Source of the DNA: Desulfotignum sp.
GTDB taxonomy: Bacteria > Desulfobacterota > Desulfobacteria > Desulfobacterales > Desulfobacteraceae
Length of the DNA stretch: 64,000 bases
Direction: 5' to 3'
Assembly (NCBI GenBank): GCA_036351635.1
Contig: JAZBPL010000036.1
Location: forward strand, 14,928-78,927
Made by a program: the position numbers and the translations under genes. Positions 18,844 to 28,276 of the stretch are shown here, piece after piece (positions within the stretch are counted from its first letter, which is position 1; each line of letters begins with the position of its first letter). The notes beneath the pieces were generated by a model. That model was not told the DNA's origin, searched no databases, and saw only the letters and a list, made by a program, of their open reading frames with translations.

Positions 18844-19853
18844 GCAAAGAAAACAGAAGAAAAGAACGCATCGACCGGGGCATCAAGGTCCGGTCCGACG
18901 GGCTGTACGCCCTGATGTCCTGGCGGGAAATGGCCTACCTGATCGCCCCCCGGTTTATTCTGATCGCAGGGCTGCTGGCATTGCCGCTTCTCATGCCGGG
19001 CCTTTACTGGCAGCGGGTCATCTCCATTGTCTGCATTTATGCCATGGTGGCCATCAGTTTTGACTTTCTGGCCCATTATGTGGGGCTGGTCTGTCTGGGC
19101 GGGGCATTTTTCATCGGTGTGGGCGGGTATATCGCCGGGATTTTCAATGCGTACTTCGGGATGCCGCCCCTGGTGACCATCCCGCTGGCCGCCATTGCCG
19201 GCGGGGGGTTCTGCACCCTGCTCCTGCTGCCCTGCCTGCCCTTGAGAGGCGTATATTTTGCCATTGTCACCCTGATGTATCCCTTGTTCATGGCACGGAT
19301 TATCGAGGCATTCGACCTGTTCGGCGGCACCGACGGGATCCTGGGCATTGACAGCTTTCCTTCCGCATTTACAGAGCAGTATTTTGTGGTGGGCATCCTT
19401 TTGGTATTCGTGTTCGGCCTGCGGCGGCTGGTGACCACGGACATGGGGCTGATATTTACGGCGGTGATGGACAATGACCAGGCTGTTCGGGCTTCGGGCA
19501 TCAACATCACCCATTACAAGGCCATGGCCGTATTTATTGCCTCGGCCATGGGATGTCTGGCCGGGGCCTGCCTGACCCATATCTACATGTGGTCGGGCAT
19601 CTCCCAGTTTGCCCTGGATTTTTCCATCCTGCCCATTGCCGCCACAGTGATCGGCGGGGCCGGTACCCTGGTGGGTCCGGTGATCGGGTGTCTCATACTG
19701 GTGCCGGTGTCGGAACTGCTGCGCGATTTTGGTACACTGCGCATAGTGTTTTACGCCACGCTGCTTGTGGCGTTCATATTGTTCCGCAGCGACGGCATCA
19801 TGGCGTTTGCCAAAAGAAAATATGAACAGATTGAAAGGTGGACCCAGATATGA
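18840..19853 (+). CDS. Liv-type ABC permease (LivM-like)
   Basis: ATGA overlap with the previous gene. LRGVYFAIVTL, GGTDGI, IGGAGTLVGP. Confidence 0.88.
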   Translation: MSKENRRKERIDRGIKVRSDGLYALMSWREMAYLIAPRFILIAGLLALPLLMPGLYWQRVISIVCIYAMVAISFDFLAHYVGLVCLGGAFFIGVGGYIAGIFNAYFGMPPLVTIPLAAIAGGGFCTLLLLPCLPLRGVYFAIVTLMYPLFMARIIEAFDLFGGTDGILGIDSFPSAFTEQYFVVGILLVFVFGLRRLVTTDMGLIFTAVMDNDQAVRASGINITHYKAMAVFIASAMGCLAGACLTHIYMWSGISQFALDFSILPIAATVIGGAGTLVGPVIGCLILVPVSELLRDFGTLRIVFYATLLVAFILFRSDGIMAFAKRKYEQIERWTQI

Positions 19854-20653
19854 ACAAGCAGACCAGACAGGACCAGCCCATTTTGCGCATGGAAAATGTT
19901 TCCAAAGTATTTGGCGGGGTAACCGCATTAAAAAACGTCAACCTGGATGTGTTTGAAGGAGATGTCCTGGGCATAATCGGTCCCAACGGATCGGGCAAAA
20001 CCACCATTGTCAACTCCATTACCGGGTTTATCACCCTGACATCGGGCCGGATCTATTTTAAAGGAGAAAATATTACCGGGGAAAAAGCCCATAAAATTGC
20101 GGATATGGGGGTAACCCGGACCTTCCAGATCATGCGGCCCTACTACAGCCTGCCGGCATTCAAAAACCTGGTGATCCCGCTGTTTTCTCCCAGGGCCCGC
20201 CGCACCGGCGGATGGCGGGGCGGCGGCACCCTTGGTGACCGCAAGACCATTGCCATTGATATCCTGGAGGAAATCGGGTTTGAAAGGGATTCCTATATTC
20301 CTTTTAAAACCACCTCCACGTTGCCCACAGGATATCTTAAGCGCCTGGAACTGGCCCGGTGCCTGGCACTTCAGCCGGAAGTCATCATCTGTGACGAGAT
20401 TTTTTCAGGGCTTTCCATGAGTGAAATCGCCTCCATGGTTCCCTTGATCGAACGGCTCCAGGATGAAGGCATCACCATTGTGATGATCGAACACCGCCTG
20501 CGGGAGCTGTTTCAGGTGGCCAACCGGGTCATGGTCCTCAATTTCGGGGAAAAACTGGTGGAAGGTGTCCCGGATGAGGTCATGGCGGACGAACGGGTCA
20601 AAGAAGCCTATTTCGGGTCTGAAAAAATGGAGGAGGTGATGACCTATGCTTGA
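19850..20653 (+). CDS. ABC ATP-binding protein (LivG-like)
   Basis: GPNGSGKT, RTFQ, RLELARCLA, DE, IEH, V.EAYFG. Confidence 0.9.
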   Translation: MNKQTRQDQPILRMENVSKVFGGVTALKNVNLDVFEGDVLGIIGPNGSGKTTIVNSITGFITLTSGRIYFKGENITGEKAHKIADMGVTRTFQIMRPYYSLPAFKNLVIPLFSPRARRTGGWRGGGTLGDRKTIAIDILEEIGFERDSYIPFKTTSTLPTGYLKRLELARCLALQPEVIICDEIFSGLSMSEIASMVPLIERLQDEGITIVMIEHRLRELFQVANRVMVLNFGEKLVEGVPDEVMADERVKEAYFGSEKMEEVMTYA

Positions 20654-21395
20654 GGCCACGGATCTCATGGTGTTTTACGAAAACATGCTGGCATTGAACA
20701 ATATCAGCATTTCCTGCCGGGACAACCAGATCGTGGGTGTGTTCGGTGCCAATTCCGCAGGAAAGTCCACGCTGATGTATTCGCTGTCCGGCATTATGCT
20801 GGATATCCGGAAAAAAGAAAAAATGGCCGGGGGCGAGCGGATCACCCTCACCGGGCAGCTCTTGTTCCAGGGAGAAGACATCATGGACATGAAACCCAGC
20901 AGCCGTGCCCGGGCCGGGATTGTACTCTGTCCGGAACGACGGCGGCTGTTCAAGGAAAGCTCTGTCATGGAAAACCTGCGCATCGGCGGGTATCTGGCCA
21001 CCAAGGAACAGGCAAAGAAAAGCCTTGCTTTTGTCATGAACCTGTTTCCCGCCCTGGAAAAACTCAAAAAGCGTCTGGCCGGATTTTTGAGCGGGGGAGA
21101 GCAGCAGATGGTGGCCATCGGCCGGGCCCTCATGGCCCAGCCCAGGGTGCTGCTGCTGGATGAACCCCTGCTGGGACTGAGTCCGCTGATGCAGGCCACA
21201 TTGATCAGGGCCGTTAAAAAGATCCAGGAGGAAAGCGATATCTCCATCATCGTTGCCGAGCAGTATGCCAGACCGGTGTTCCCCATTGTGGATTATGCCT
21301 ATATCCTGGAAAACGGGGCCGCGGTCATGGAAGGCACCAGAGAAGAACTCATGGACAACCCGGATGTGAAATCCGCCTATTTTGGTGTGTCATAA
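20646..21395 (+). CDS. ABC ATP-binding protein (LivF-like)
   Basis: GANSAGKS, LSGGEQQM, LLLDEP. Confidence 0.9.
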   Translation: MLEATDLMVFYENMLALNNISISCRDNQIVGVFGANSAGKSTLMYSLSGIMLDIRKKEKMAGGERITLTGQLLFQGEDIMDMKPSSRARAGIVLCPERRRLFKESSVMENLRIGGYLATKEQAKKSLAFVMNLFPALEKLKKRLAGFLSGGEQQMVAIGRALMAQPRVLLLDEPLLGLSPLMQATLIRAVKKIQEESDISIIVAEQYARPVFPIVDYAYILENGAAVMEGTREELMDNPDVKSAYFGVS

Positions 21396-21407
21396 TAAGG
21401 AGTACCA

Positions 21408-23066
21408 ATGGTCGATAAAATACCCCTTGAAAAAGAACTGTCCTATTCGCGGTTTGATCTCATGAGCGACACCTACCCGGACAACACTGCTGTGGTGTAC
21501 CTGGGAGAACGGTTTTCCTACCGCCGGCTGCGGGATATGAGTGAGCGGTTTGCCGGAGGCCTGCAATCTCTGGGGGTGGCCAAAGGGGACAAGGTGCTGC
21601 TGTATATCCCCAACTGTATCCAGTGGATCGTCGCCTTTCTGGGGATCCAGAAGGCCGGGGCGGTCATGGTCCCGGTGTCACCCATTTACACCTCCCATGA
21701 AATCGCCTATATGATCAATGATTCCGGCGCTGACACCATCATCTGCATGGACACCAATTACGGGTATGTCCAGGAAACCTTCGGTCAGACTGGTTTGAAA
21801 CAGGCCATTGTCACCAACCTCACTGATCTTCTGCCGGTGTGGAAGCGTGCCATGGGGGTGATCCTGGACAAGGTGCCCTCGGGCCGGGTGACCTATGATG
21901 AAAAGGTGGTGCCTTTCACCGCTGTGCTCAAGGCGGCTCCCATTACAGACAGGCCCATGCTCGATCCTGTGAAGGATCTGTCCTATATCCTTTACACCGG
22001 TGGGACCACCGGATTTCCCAAGGGGGTGCCGGGCAACCATATCGGCGCCACCTCCTATATTAATGATGTCACTTTTGATGTGGCAGGAGAGCATCTGAAA
22101 GAAGGCAAAGATGTGTATATTGCCATCAACCCGCTGTTCCACATCATGGCCCTGGGATTTTTCATGGCCATCGGCCTGAACAAAGGCAATATGGTGGTAC
22201 TCATGCCCCAGCCCCAGGTGGATGCCATCCTGGAATCCATCCAGCAATACCGGGTGCGGTGGTTTCTCGGGGTGCCTGCCCTGTACCGCATGATCCTGGA
22301 AAACGACCGGGTGGAGCAGTATGATCTATCCTCTCTGCAGTATTGTTTCTGCGGCGGGGATGTACTGCCCGGCAAGGTGATGAACCGGTTCAAGGAAGCT
22401 TACGGCCTGCCCATTTACCAGGTGTACGGGTCCACGGAGGTGGGCCATGTGACCTACAGCAAAATCGGGACTGAACCGTCTTCAGGTTCCATTGGATACC
22501 CCCTGCAGAGCCGGGAATGCATGGTGGTGGATCCGGTGACGCTGGAATGTGTGGAACACGGGGAAAGCGGAGAGTTGTTTGTGTCCTCTCCCTATGCATT
22601 GAAAGAATATTACGGCAAGCCTGATGAGACCCAGAAAACCTATATCAAGGTCAATGACAAGGTGTACTGCCGCATGGGGGATTATGTGTCCTGCCGGCCG
22701 GACGGCGAACTGCTGTACATGGAACGGTCTGCAGATATCATCAAGCACAAGGGGTACCGGGTGTCGGCATCGGAAATTGAGGCGGTGCTCCAGGACCATC
22801 CCACTGTCATAAATGCCTGTGTCATCGGCGTGCCTGATGAGAAAACAGGAGAACGCATCAAGGCCATTGTGGTGCTCAAGGAAGATGCCCGGGGCGTGGG
22901 CGGGGTGGAGCTGATAAAGTGGTGCGCCGACCGGCTGGCCTCCTACAAGGTACCGGGATATGTGGAGTTCCGGGACATGCTGCCCAAATCCAAGGTGGGC
23001 AAGCTGCTGCGCCGGGAGGTCAGAGACAGTGAGGTGCGCAAAATCACCGAAAAAACCGCAGGATGA
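21408..23066 (+). CDS. AMP-dependent acyl/aryl-CoA ligase
   Basis: YTGGTTGFPKG, YGSTE, MGD, LPKSKVGK. Confidence 0.9.
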   Translation: MVDKIPLEKELSYSRFDLMSDTYPDNTAVVYLGERFSYRRLRDMSERFAGGLQSLGVAKGDKVLLYIPNCIQWIVAFLGIQKAGAVMVPVSPIYTSHEIAYMINDSGADTIICMDTNYGYVQETFGQTGLKQAIVTNLTDLLPVWKRAMGVILDKVPSGRVTYDEKVVPFTAVLKAAPITDRPMLDPVKDLSYILYTGGTTGFPKGVPGNHIGATSYINDVTFDVAGEHLKEGKDVYIAINPLFHIMALGFFMAIGLNKGNMVVLMPQPQVDAILESIQQYRVRWFLGVPALYRMILENDRVEQYDLSSLQYCFCGGDVLPGKVMNRFKEAYGLPIYQVYGSTEVGHVTYSKIGTEPSSGSIGYPLQSRECMVVDPVTLECVEHGESGELFVSSPYALKEYYGKPDETQKTYIKVNDKVYCRMGDYVSCRPDGELLYMERSADIIKHKGYRVSASEIEAVLQDHPTVINACVIGVPDEKTGERIKAIVVLKEDARGVGGVELIKWCADRLASYKVPGYVEFRDMLPKSKVGKLLRREVRDSEVRKITEKTAG

Positions 23067-23102
23067 TGCCATGACCTCATTTGCGTACCATCACCGGGTA
23101 CC

Positions 23103-23243
23103 ATGAAAGCCGGGCCATTTTTCTGGAACATTTTTCTGGACCGGCACCGGCACCGGATCCTGGATTTTGCCAAACCCATGACCCTGGACCTGACCCAAAC
23201 CGACATCAACCAGGTGATCCTCCGGTGCACCGAGCTGCTCAGG
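23103..23243 (+). pseudogene. Histidine kinase fragment (HisKA-HATPase linker)
   Basis: RILDFAKPMTLDLTQTDINQVILRCTELLR, with no H-box and no ATPase boxes. Confidence 0.5.
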
Positions 23244-23699
23244 TCATCCGATGTGCGGATTCAGGGTCCACTTGATGAACCAGTTTTTCTCTTCGCTGTC
23301 CACACACACAATGCCTGAATTCTGAAACCGGATCACCTGGAGCTCCGGACTCCCGCCCGTCAGAAAGGATACCAGCCGCTCCATATAGGGGAGATGCCCC
23401 ACGATCATTATATTGGATGCCGGATCAATCCGGGATCCCAAGCCGGTGACATCATCCAGCGGACCGATGCCGTCCAACTGCTCCAAGGGTGTATCCTTCT
23501 TCAAAATATCCCTGAAAATCCGTGCAGTCTGTTCGGCCCGGGTCTTGCCGCTGTGCACGATTTTTGATACCGGTACCTTATACATCCGGGCCACGTCGGC
23601 AATTTTCATTGTTTCCTGCCGGCCGGTTTCAGACAGCCCCTTTGCCGGATCTTTTTCCTTTGACAGGCTTTTTCCGTGCTGCACCAGATAAACAGCCAT
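23244..23699 (-). CDS. sixA: Phosphohistidine phosphatase SixA family
   Basis: YLVQHG (RHG-loop variant), LS..G, HSGKTRAEQTA, VGHLP. GGAGG RBS. Confidence 0.85.
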   Translation of the reverse strand: MAVYLVQHGKSLSKEKDPAKGLSETGRQETMKIADVARMYKVPVSKIVHSGKTRAEQTARIFRDILKKDTPLEQLDGIGPLDDVTGLGSRIDPASNIMIVGHLPYMERLVSFLTGGSPELQVIRFQNSGIVCVDSEEKNWFIKWTLNPHIG

Positions 23700-23863
23700 G
23701 AGAACCTCCTTTTCCCATTTTTCATTTGAATACAATCTTAACGGGTCATCTGCTGTTTGGCAAGGGGATGGCGCTATTATAGAAAATCGGATTCCTTTCT
23801 GTTCAGGATTTGGTGTAATAGACCTTTACAGGCCGGCAAAATGTTGATAATCACTTTTTCATT

Positions 23864-24189
23864 CAGGCACTGCCCTTTCCGGCAGGATTTTTCGATGCTG
23901 TGGTGTCCATTGATGCCTACCAGTATTTTGGTACTGATGTGCTGTACCTGGGTTACCTGAGCCGGTTTCTTAAGCCCGGCGGGATGCTGGGGATAGTGAT
24001 GCCGGCACTGATGCAGGAGATGGGGGATGTCATCCCGGACCATCTTACCCGGCCCCAGGCCAACGGCAAGGTTTTCTGGGAGGATGGGTGCCGCAGTTTC
24101 AAAACAGCTGACTGGTGGCATAAATTGTGGGCCGGGGACAGCAGCGTCACCGATGTCCGGATGGAGATTCTGCGCGACTGCTGGCGCTG
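23864..24189 (+). pseudogene. C-terminal fragment of a class I SAM-dependent methyltransferase
   Basis: ALPFPAGFFDAVVSIDAYQYFG...RFLKPGG. An in-frame stop lies at 23819 and motif I is absent. Confidence 0.7.
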
Positions 24190-24291
24190 GATGCTGATAT
24201 TCTGTGTGAAGGTCATTTCGGCATTTTTCAGCCCAAAGAGCGGGTGCGGCAGTTTATCGAGGAACATCGAAAAAAAAACCAGCCGGGATAA
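24178..24291 (+). pseudogene. C-terminal fragment of an MBL-fold metallo-hydrolase
   Basis: A different frame reads LLALDADILCEGHFGIFQPKERVRQFIEEH..., resembling the MBL motif-5 (xGH) terminus. Confidence 0.55.
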
Positions 24292-24348
24292 TTCCTGAGT
24301 ATCCAAATGGGTATATCAGACATGGCGAACCGGCGCACTGACTTCTGG

Positions 24349-24377
24349 TTGACAGATTATGCATTGTTTGTTATTTT
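24349..24377 (+). promoter_or_regulatory. sigma70 promoter of vapBC-2, with paired ATGCAT sites
   Basis: TTGACA-17 nt-TATTTT; ATGCAT at 24359 and 24379. Confidence 0.5.
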
Positions 24378-24397
24378 TATGCATATGGAGGTGTGCC

Positions 24398-24592
24398 ATG
24401 AGAACCACTTTGGATTTACCTGAAGATCTGGTGAATGAAGCTATGCGGGCAACAAATATCAAAACAAAAACAAAAGTCATTACCGTTGCCTTAGAAGACC
24501 TTGTAAGGAAATCAAAAATTTCCGCCTTGAAAAAATTCAAAGGCAAGGTTGCGTTGGACATGGATCTTGATATCCTGAGAAATCGTAAATGA
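24398..24592 (+). CDS. vapB: VapB antitoxin
   Basis: MRTTLDLPEDL..EAM...KTK..VI..AL. GGAGG RBS and ATGA overlap with vapC. Confidence 0.85.
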   Translation: MRTTLDLPEDLVNEAMRATNIKTKTKVITVALEDLVRKSKISALKKFKGKVALDMDLDILRNRK

Positions 24593-24966
24593 GGGTACTG
24601 ATCGATTCTTCAGTCTGGATAGATTATTTTAGATCCGGAAATCAGACTGATGAACTGGACCATCTGATTGACAGCAATCTCGTTTTTGTCAATGATTTGA
24701 TCCTGACCGAATTGATCCCTTTTCTCAGACTTCAGAACCAGACAGCCCTGATTGACATCATCAATGAAGTGGTCAGGCTGCCAATGTCCATAGACTGGCA
24801 ACAAATTCAGTCATTTCAGTTTATCTGCCTGAAAAACGGCATTAACGGGATCGGTATTCCAGATCTGATCATTGTTCAAAACGCCATTCAAAACAACAGC
24901 GAAATCTTTTCATTGGATAAGTATTTTAAACTGATGCAGGACAGCCTGAATTTCAAACTGTATTGA
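24589..24966 (+). CDS. vapC: VapC PIN-domain toxin
   Basis: VLIDSSVWIDYF, ILTEL, IPDLII, FSLDK. Confidence 0.85.
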   Translation: MRVLIDSSVWIDYFRSGNQTDELDHLIDSNLVFVNDLILTELIPFLRLQNQTALIDIINEVVRLPMSIDWQQIQSFQFICLKNGINGIGIPDLIIVQNAIQNNSEIFSLDKYFKLMQDSLNFKLY

Positions 24967-24975
24967 ATCACCTTT

Positions 24976-25003
24976 ATATCCCCGGGACCGCTCCCGGGGA
25001 TAT
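24976..25003. terminator. Bidirectional terminator-like hairpin
   Basis: ATATCCCCGGGA-ccgc-TCCCGGGGATAT between convergent genes. Confidence 0.7.
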
Positions 25004-25029
25004 CAGGAATATTTTAACCGGCAGGGCCG

Positions 25030-25692
25030 CTATCCAGACCGGTCGGTCAGCACTTTCAGCTGGTCGGTGAGCAGCCCTTTAAACCGGTCAAGGGTGATGG
25101 GATATGCCTGCATGGGAATGCCCATCCAGTCACAGTATTCAAGAAACTCTTCGGGGTATTCGGCCATATACTGGTCCAGGTAGCCGATCCCGTCCAGCAC
25201 AATGGCACCGCCGGTATGGCGCGGAAAATTTTCATTGGCGATCCCTTTGTCCCATCCCTTGAAAACCTGGGTCCGGTACTTTACCCATCCGGGTGTCATG
25301 AACCAGACCGGTTCACCGCCGGCCATCTCCTGTCTGATCTGTTCCATTTCCTGGTCGCTGGCCAGCATGTTCATGCAGTGGGTCGCTTCCACCCGGGTGA
25401 CATCCAACCCCTGTTCGGAAATAATGGTCTGCATCAGGCGTGTGGGATTGTCCGCATTGACATAGCAGTATTTGCCGCCGTAAACGACAATGACCTTGTG
25501 GGCCTTGTCTTTTGCCTTTTTGATGAAACGGATCAGCTGCCGTTCCAGTTCATGGATGTCCTGGTGAAGCCCGGGGGTGGTGTAAAACAGGTGGGGGGTG
25601 TCCAGAAATCCCTGGTCCTTGAGATAGTTGAGTTCGAGGCGCATGGTGCCGCAGGCCACAATGGCGGTATTTTCAAAAGACAAGTTTTCCAT
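25030..25692 (-). CDS. DUF1638-family protein
   Basis: IVACG, PGLH...L...L, VVYGGKYC, HC..ML, FMTPGW. Confidence 0.7.
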   Translation of the reverse strand: MENLSFENTAIVACGTMRLELNYLKDQGFLDTPHLFYTTPGLHQDIHELERQLIRFIKKAKDKAHKVIVVYGGKYCYVNADNPTRLMQTIISEQGLDVTRVEATHCMNMLASDQEMEQIRQEMAGGEPVWFMTPGWVKYRTQVFKGWDKGIANENFPRHTGGAIVLDGIGYLDQYMAEYPEEFLEYCDWMGIPMQAYPITLDRFKGLLTDQLKVLTDRSG

Positions 25693-25723
25693 TTCATCTC
25701 TCCTTTCCTGTGAAATCAGGCCG

Positions 25724-25784
25724 TGTTACCCGGGCAGGTAGCGTTATGGTAACGCCACCTGCCGGTCAATCGTTGCCGGTAACA
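25724..25784. repeat. Nested inverted repeat in the flavodoxin-DUF1638 intergenic region
   Basis: Inner arms GGCAGGTAGCGTTA/TAACGCCACCTGCC; outer arms TGTTACC/GGTAACA. Confidence 0.6.
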
Positions 25785-25824
25785 GGTTCGGTGCCGGCCG
25801 GATCTGTATCGTCCCTGGATGCGG

Positions 25825-26310
25825 TTACCGCACCGATTTTTCCAGCACTGCTTTCAACTCAGCGATATCAGCGTTGTCTGGGTGTCCAACGGCATAAGCT
25901 GCGTCATCAATCCAGGGCGGGGGCGTATCTTTCTGCTTCACCTTTTCCAGCACCCTTGGATTGACCTCCCCCTGGCAGGAGTAGGTCCCGACAACCTCAG
26001 CCCCGTTCAACAGGCTGACGGCATAATCCATGGCAGCTCTGGCATGATCTGACCCTTGGGCTGCCCCATGGGTCGCAAACAGGAAAACCTTTGCATCCAT
26101 TTTGCATTCTTTCAGAAAAGCTTCGGTTTTGGGATCGGGCTTGCCCGCCTGGAGCCAGAATCCCACTGCCACCAGATCATAATCAAGGACATGGGACGGG
26201 GCCTGATCAATGGGGTAGATCTCTTTTTCACCTTCGATGCTGTCATAAACGGCCTTTGCCAGTGTCTGGGTGTTTCCTGATTGACTGGCATATAAAATCA
26301 ATGATGTCAT
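25825..26310 (-). CDS. Flavodoxin-family protein
   Basis: YASQSGNTQTLA FMN loop, VGFW, FLFATHGA, CQG, HPD..D. Confidence 0.85.
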   Translation of the reverse strand: MTSLILYASQSGNTQTLAKAVYDSIEGEKEIYPIDQAPSHVLDYDLVAVGFWLQAGKPDPKTEAFLKECKMDAKVFLFATHGAAQGSDHARAAMDYAVSLLNGAEVVGTYSCQGEVNPRVLEKVKQKDTPPPWIDDAAYAVGHPDNADIAELKAVLEKSVR

Positions 26311-26372
26311 CTGTTTCCTCCTGTTGGTATCAGTATGTTCCTTATCCGGTCAGCCGGCCTGACTTCAATAAC

Positions 26373-26388
26373 AGCAACTTTCATGCCA
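26373..26388 (-). promoter_or_regulatory. sigma54 promoter of flavodoxin-DUF1638
   Basis: TGGCATGAAAGTTGCT (GG-N10-GC). Confidence 0.75.
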
Positions 26389-26439
26389 TAACTAATATAT
26401 TGGGGGTTGACATCCATGGTGTGACGGCCCTTAATTTGA

Positions 26440-27165
26440 TTATGGACAGGATATACCAGGGCCGGCATACACGATCTGCATGGTCAATCCCCGGGGATCA
26501 GTCTCGGGGACTGTCGGCAAAAAAATGAAATGATCCCTGAACAAAGCGCTGACCGCCCCGCACAGGGCATCGAGGATATCATCCACCCCGGCCTGTCTGC
26601 GTAGAAACCGGTTTTTTGCCCGGGTGATGACGGCCTCGCATGATGGCGTATATCTGGATAAAATATGCTGCCGCTCCTGCTTGCCGGCTTCTGTCTTTTT
26701 GGAAAATTTTAGGGGAACAAAGCGGTTGAGGGCCAGAAATCCCAGTTCCGGATGAAACTCATGGATATCCAGCTGCCTGCCGTCAGTTTCCATAAAACGG
26801 TCCAGTTCCCTGATTTTCGTCATAATGAAATAGGTCTGTCTGGACAACCGGCGGCCGGTAACGGTGAAATTGATATTACTGGCTGACAGGTAGTCATCTG
26901 CCTGCAGGCTCTGCCGGCAGGGAGCAGGGAATATACTGGAACCCCTTTTTTTTAGCAGTTTGCGAGCAGCCCTGTCGCACTGCCGTTCATGGAAACCGGC
27001 CTCCTTCAGTCCGATGGGCATGTCGATCAGGGTGGTATCGGTGCTGTTCACCAGGCCGGTAAGTGCATCAATGGTTTCAAGAATACCGCATCCGCAGGAC
27101 TGGCCGTCATCCAGCCAGACATAAAACCACCCGCCTTTGCATCCGTCAATGCCGATATATTTCAA
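26440..27165 (-). CDS. DUF429-family predicted nuclease (RNase H-like fold)
   Basis: IGIDGCKGGW, IDMPIGL, R.CD.AAR, EFHPE, DDILDA. TTG start inferred. Confidence 0.8.
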   Translation of the reverse strand: MKYIGIDGCKGGWFYVWLDDGQSCGCGILETIDALTGLVNSTDTTLIDMPIGLKEAGFHERQCDRAARKLLKKRGSSIFPAPCRQSLQADDYLSASNINFTVTGRRLSRQTYFIMTKIRELDRFMETDGRQLDIHEFHPELGFLALNRFVPLKFSKKTEAGKQERQHILSRYTPSCEAVITRAKNRFLRRQAGVDDILDALCGAVSALFRDHFIFLPTVPETDPRGLTMQIVYAGPGISCP

Positions 27166-27182
27166 TGTCGGGCCAATCTTTC

Positions 27183-27737
27183 CTATTGCGGCGGAAACTG
27201 TTCGAGTATGGCTTCCACGAGCTGCCTGACTATTTCCGAGGTCTTTTGAGGGGTGGGGTGAGAAGCAATTTCTTCTGATCCCATACCCCGCCACAAAAGT
27301 GTGTCAGACCCGGCATCATACACGTCAATGGCCAGCATGCCGACATCATATTCATACACTTTCGGTGCTGACATGATGTTAACACCGCCATAGCGGTAAT
27401 ATGGGCCGTAGCCGAAGCCAAACCCTGTGGTATAAGGTTCTGAATGGATTCTGGTCTTTATGGAATATTCGTAGTGCACCAGAAAATCAGGATTGCTTTT
27501 CCGGGCATACCCTTTTTCCTTCAATACCCTGTCTATGTTTTCTCGAAACCGTTTGTGCAGTAAGGGATTGTTTTCTCTGATATCATCACTTTTTTTATTC
27601 AACAAGGATTTCCAGGCATAGGTTTGCATATTTGGAAACTGGATCTGTGTATCGTAATCCTGACTTACCTGAATCCGGGAACAGCCTGCCGCCATCAAAA
27701 GCAGCAGCACCAAACCTGTTATCAGTTGTGTTTTCAT
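27183..27737 (-). CDS. DUF4136-family lipoprotein
   Basis: Lipobox AAGC, DYD...F...TYAW, Y..G.L.ID..DA....LLWRG, terminal FPP. Confidence 0.85.
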   Translation of the reverse strand: MKTQLITGLVLLLLMAAGCSRIQVSQDYDTQIQFPNMQTYAWKSLLNKKSDDIRENNPLLHKRFRENIDRVLKEKGYARKSNPDFLVHYEYSIKTRIHSEPYTTGFGFGYGPYYRYGGVNIMSAPKVYEYDVGMLAIDVYDAGSDTLLWRGMGSEEIASHPTPQKTSEIVRQLVEAILEQFPPQ

Positions 27738-27781
27738 ATCGTCTCCTGCTATGTAAGGATTTTTTCTTCTCGCCTTTTCTG

Positions 27782-28048
27782 TTACCCGGAAGAAGGTTTA
27801 ATGCGCAGAATCCGGCCGCTGTCTGTGGATACATAAAGCCACCCTTCCGGACTTTCAATCACATCACGAATCCTCTCATCCAAATCAAACAGAAGGCGTT
27901 TTCCCTTCACAGGCCTGTCATTGCTATCCAGAACCACCCTGTTAAGGTACGTCATGGCCGGGGCGCCGGTCAAAATGGTCTTTGCCGGGCCAGATGAAGG
28001 AAACCCCAGAAAAAATACGGTCAGAAGTATGAATAAGTAACGCATCAT
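27782..28048 (-). pseudogene. Internally deleted PQQ-dependent sugar dehydrogenase (GSDH/YliI-like)
   Basis: A signal-like N-terminus is joined directly to the C-terminal blade ERIRDVIESPEGWLYVSTDSGRILRI; only about 88 aa remain. Confidence 0.6.
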
Positions 28049-28276
28049 CTCCACGCTCCCTTTTTTCAATAATCATCGCATATTGATCACGATTTCGCAA
28101 TGCAAAGTCCATGATTTATGATACTGTGCGTATACAAATCTTCATGTTGCCCTGCAGGCGCCTGATTTACGGCTTGAATTCCCGTTGAAAAGGTGCTAAA
28201 AAATAACGCTCCCGAAAAGAGATTTTTCAAACTTTTCAAACAATGTAAATGGATATGGTAACAGGAGATCGACCGG

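Noticed and set aside
17644-19928. Two ~390-aa minus-strand ORFs rich in His/Gln
   Set aside because: Antisense to hydrophobic permease genes; the composition is an artefact of codon bias.
28098-28190. Tiny ORFs upstream of the radical SAM gene as RiPP precursors (e.g. MILCVYKSSCCPAGA)
   Set aside because: No RBS, no leader/core pattern, and no transporter, peptidase or RRE gene nearby.
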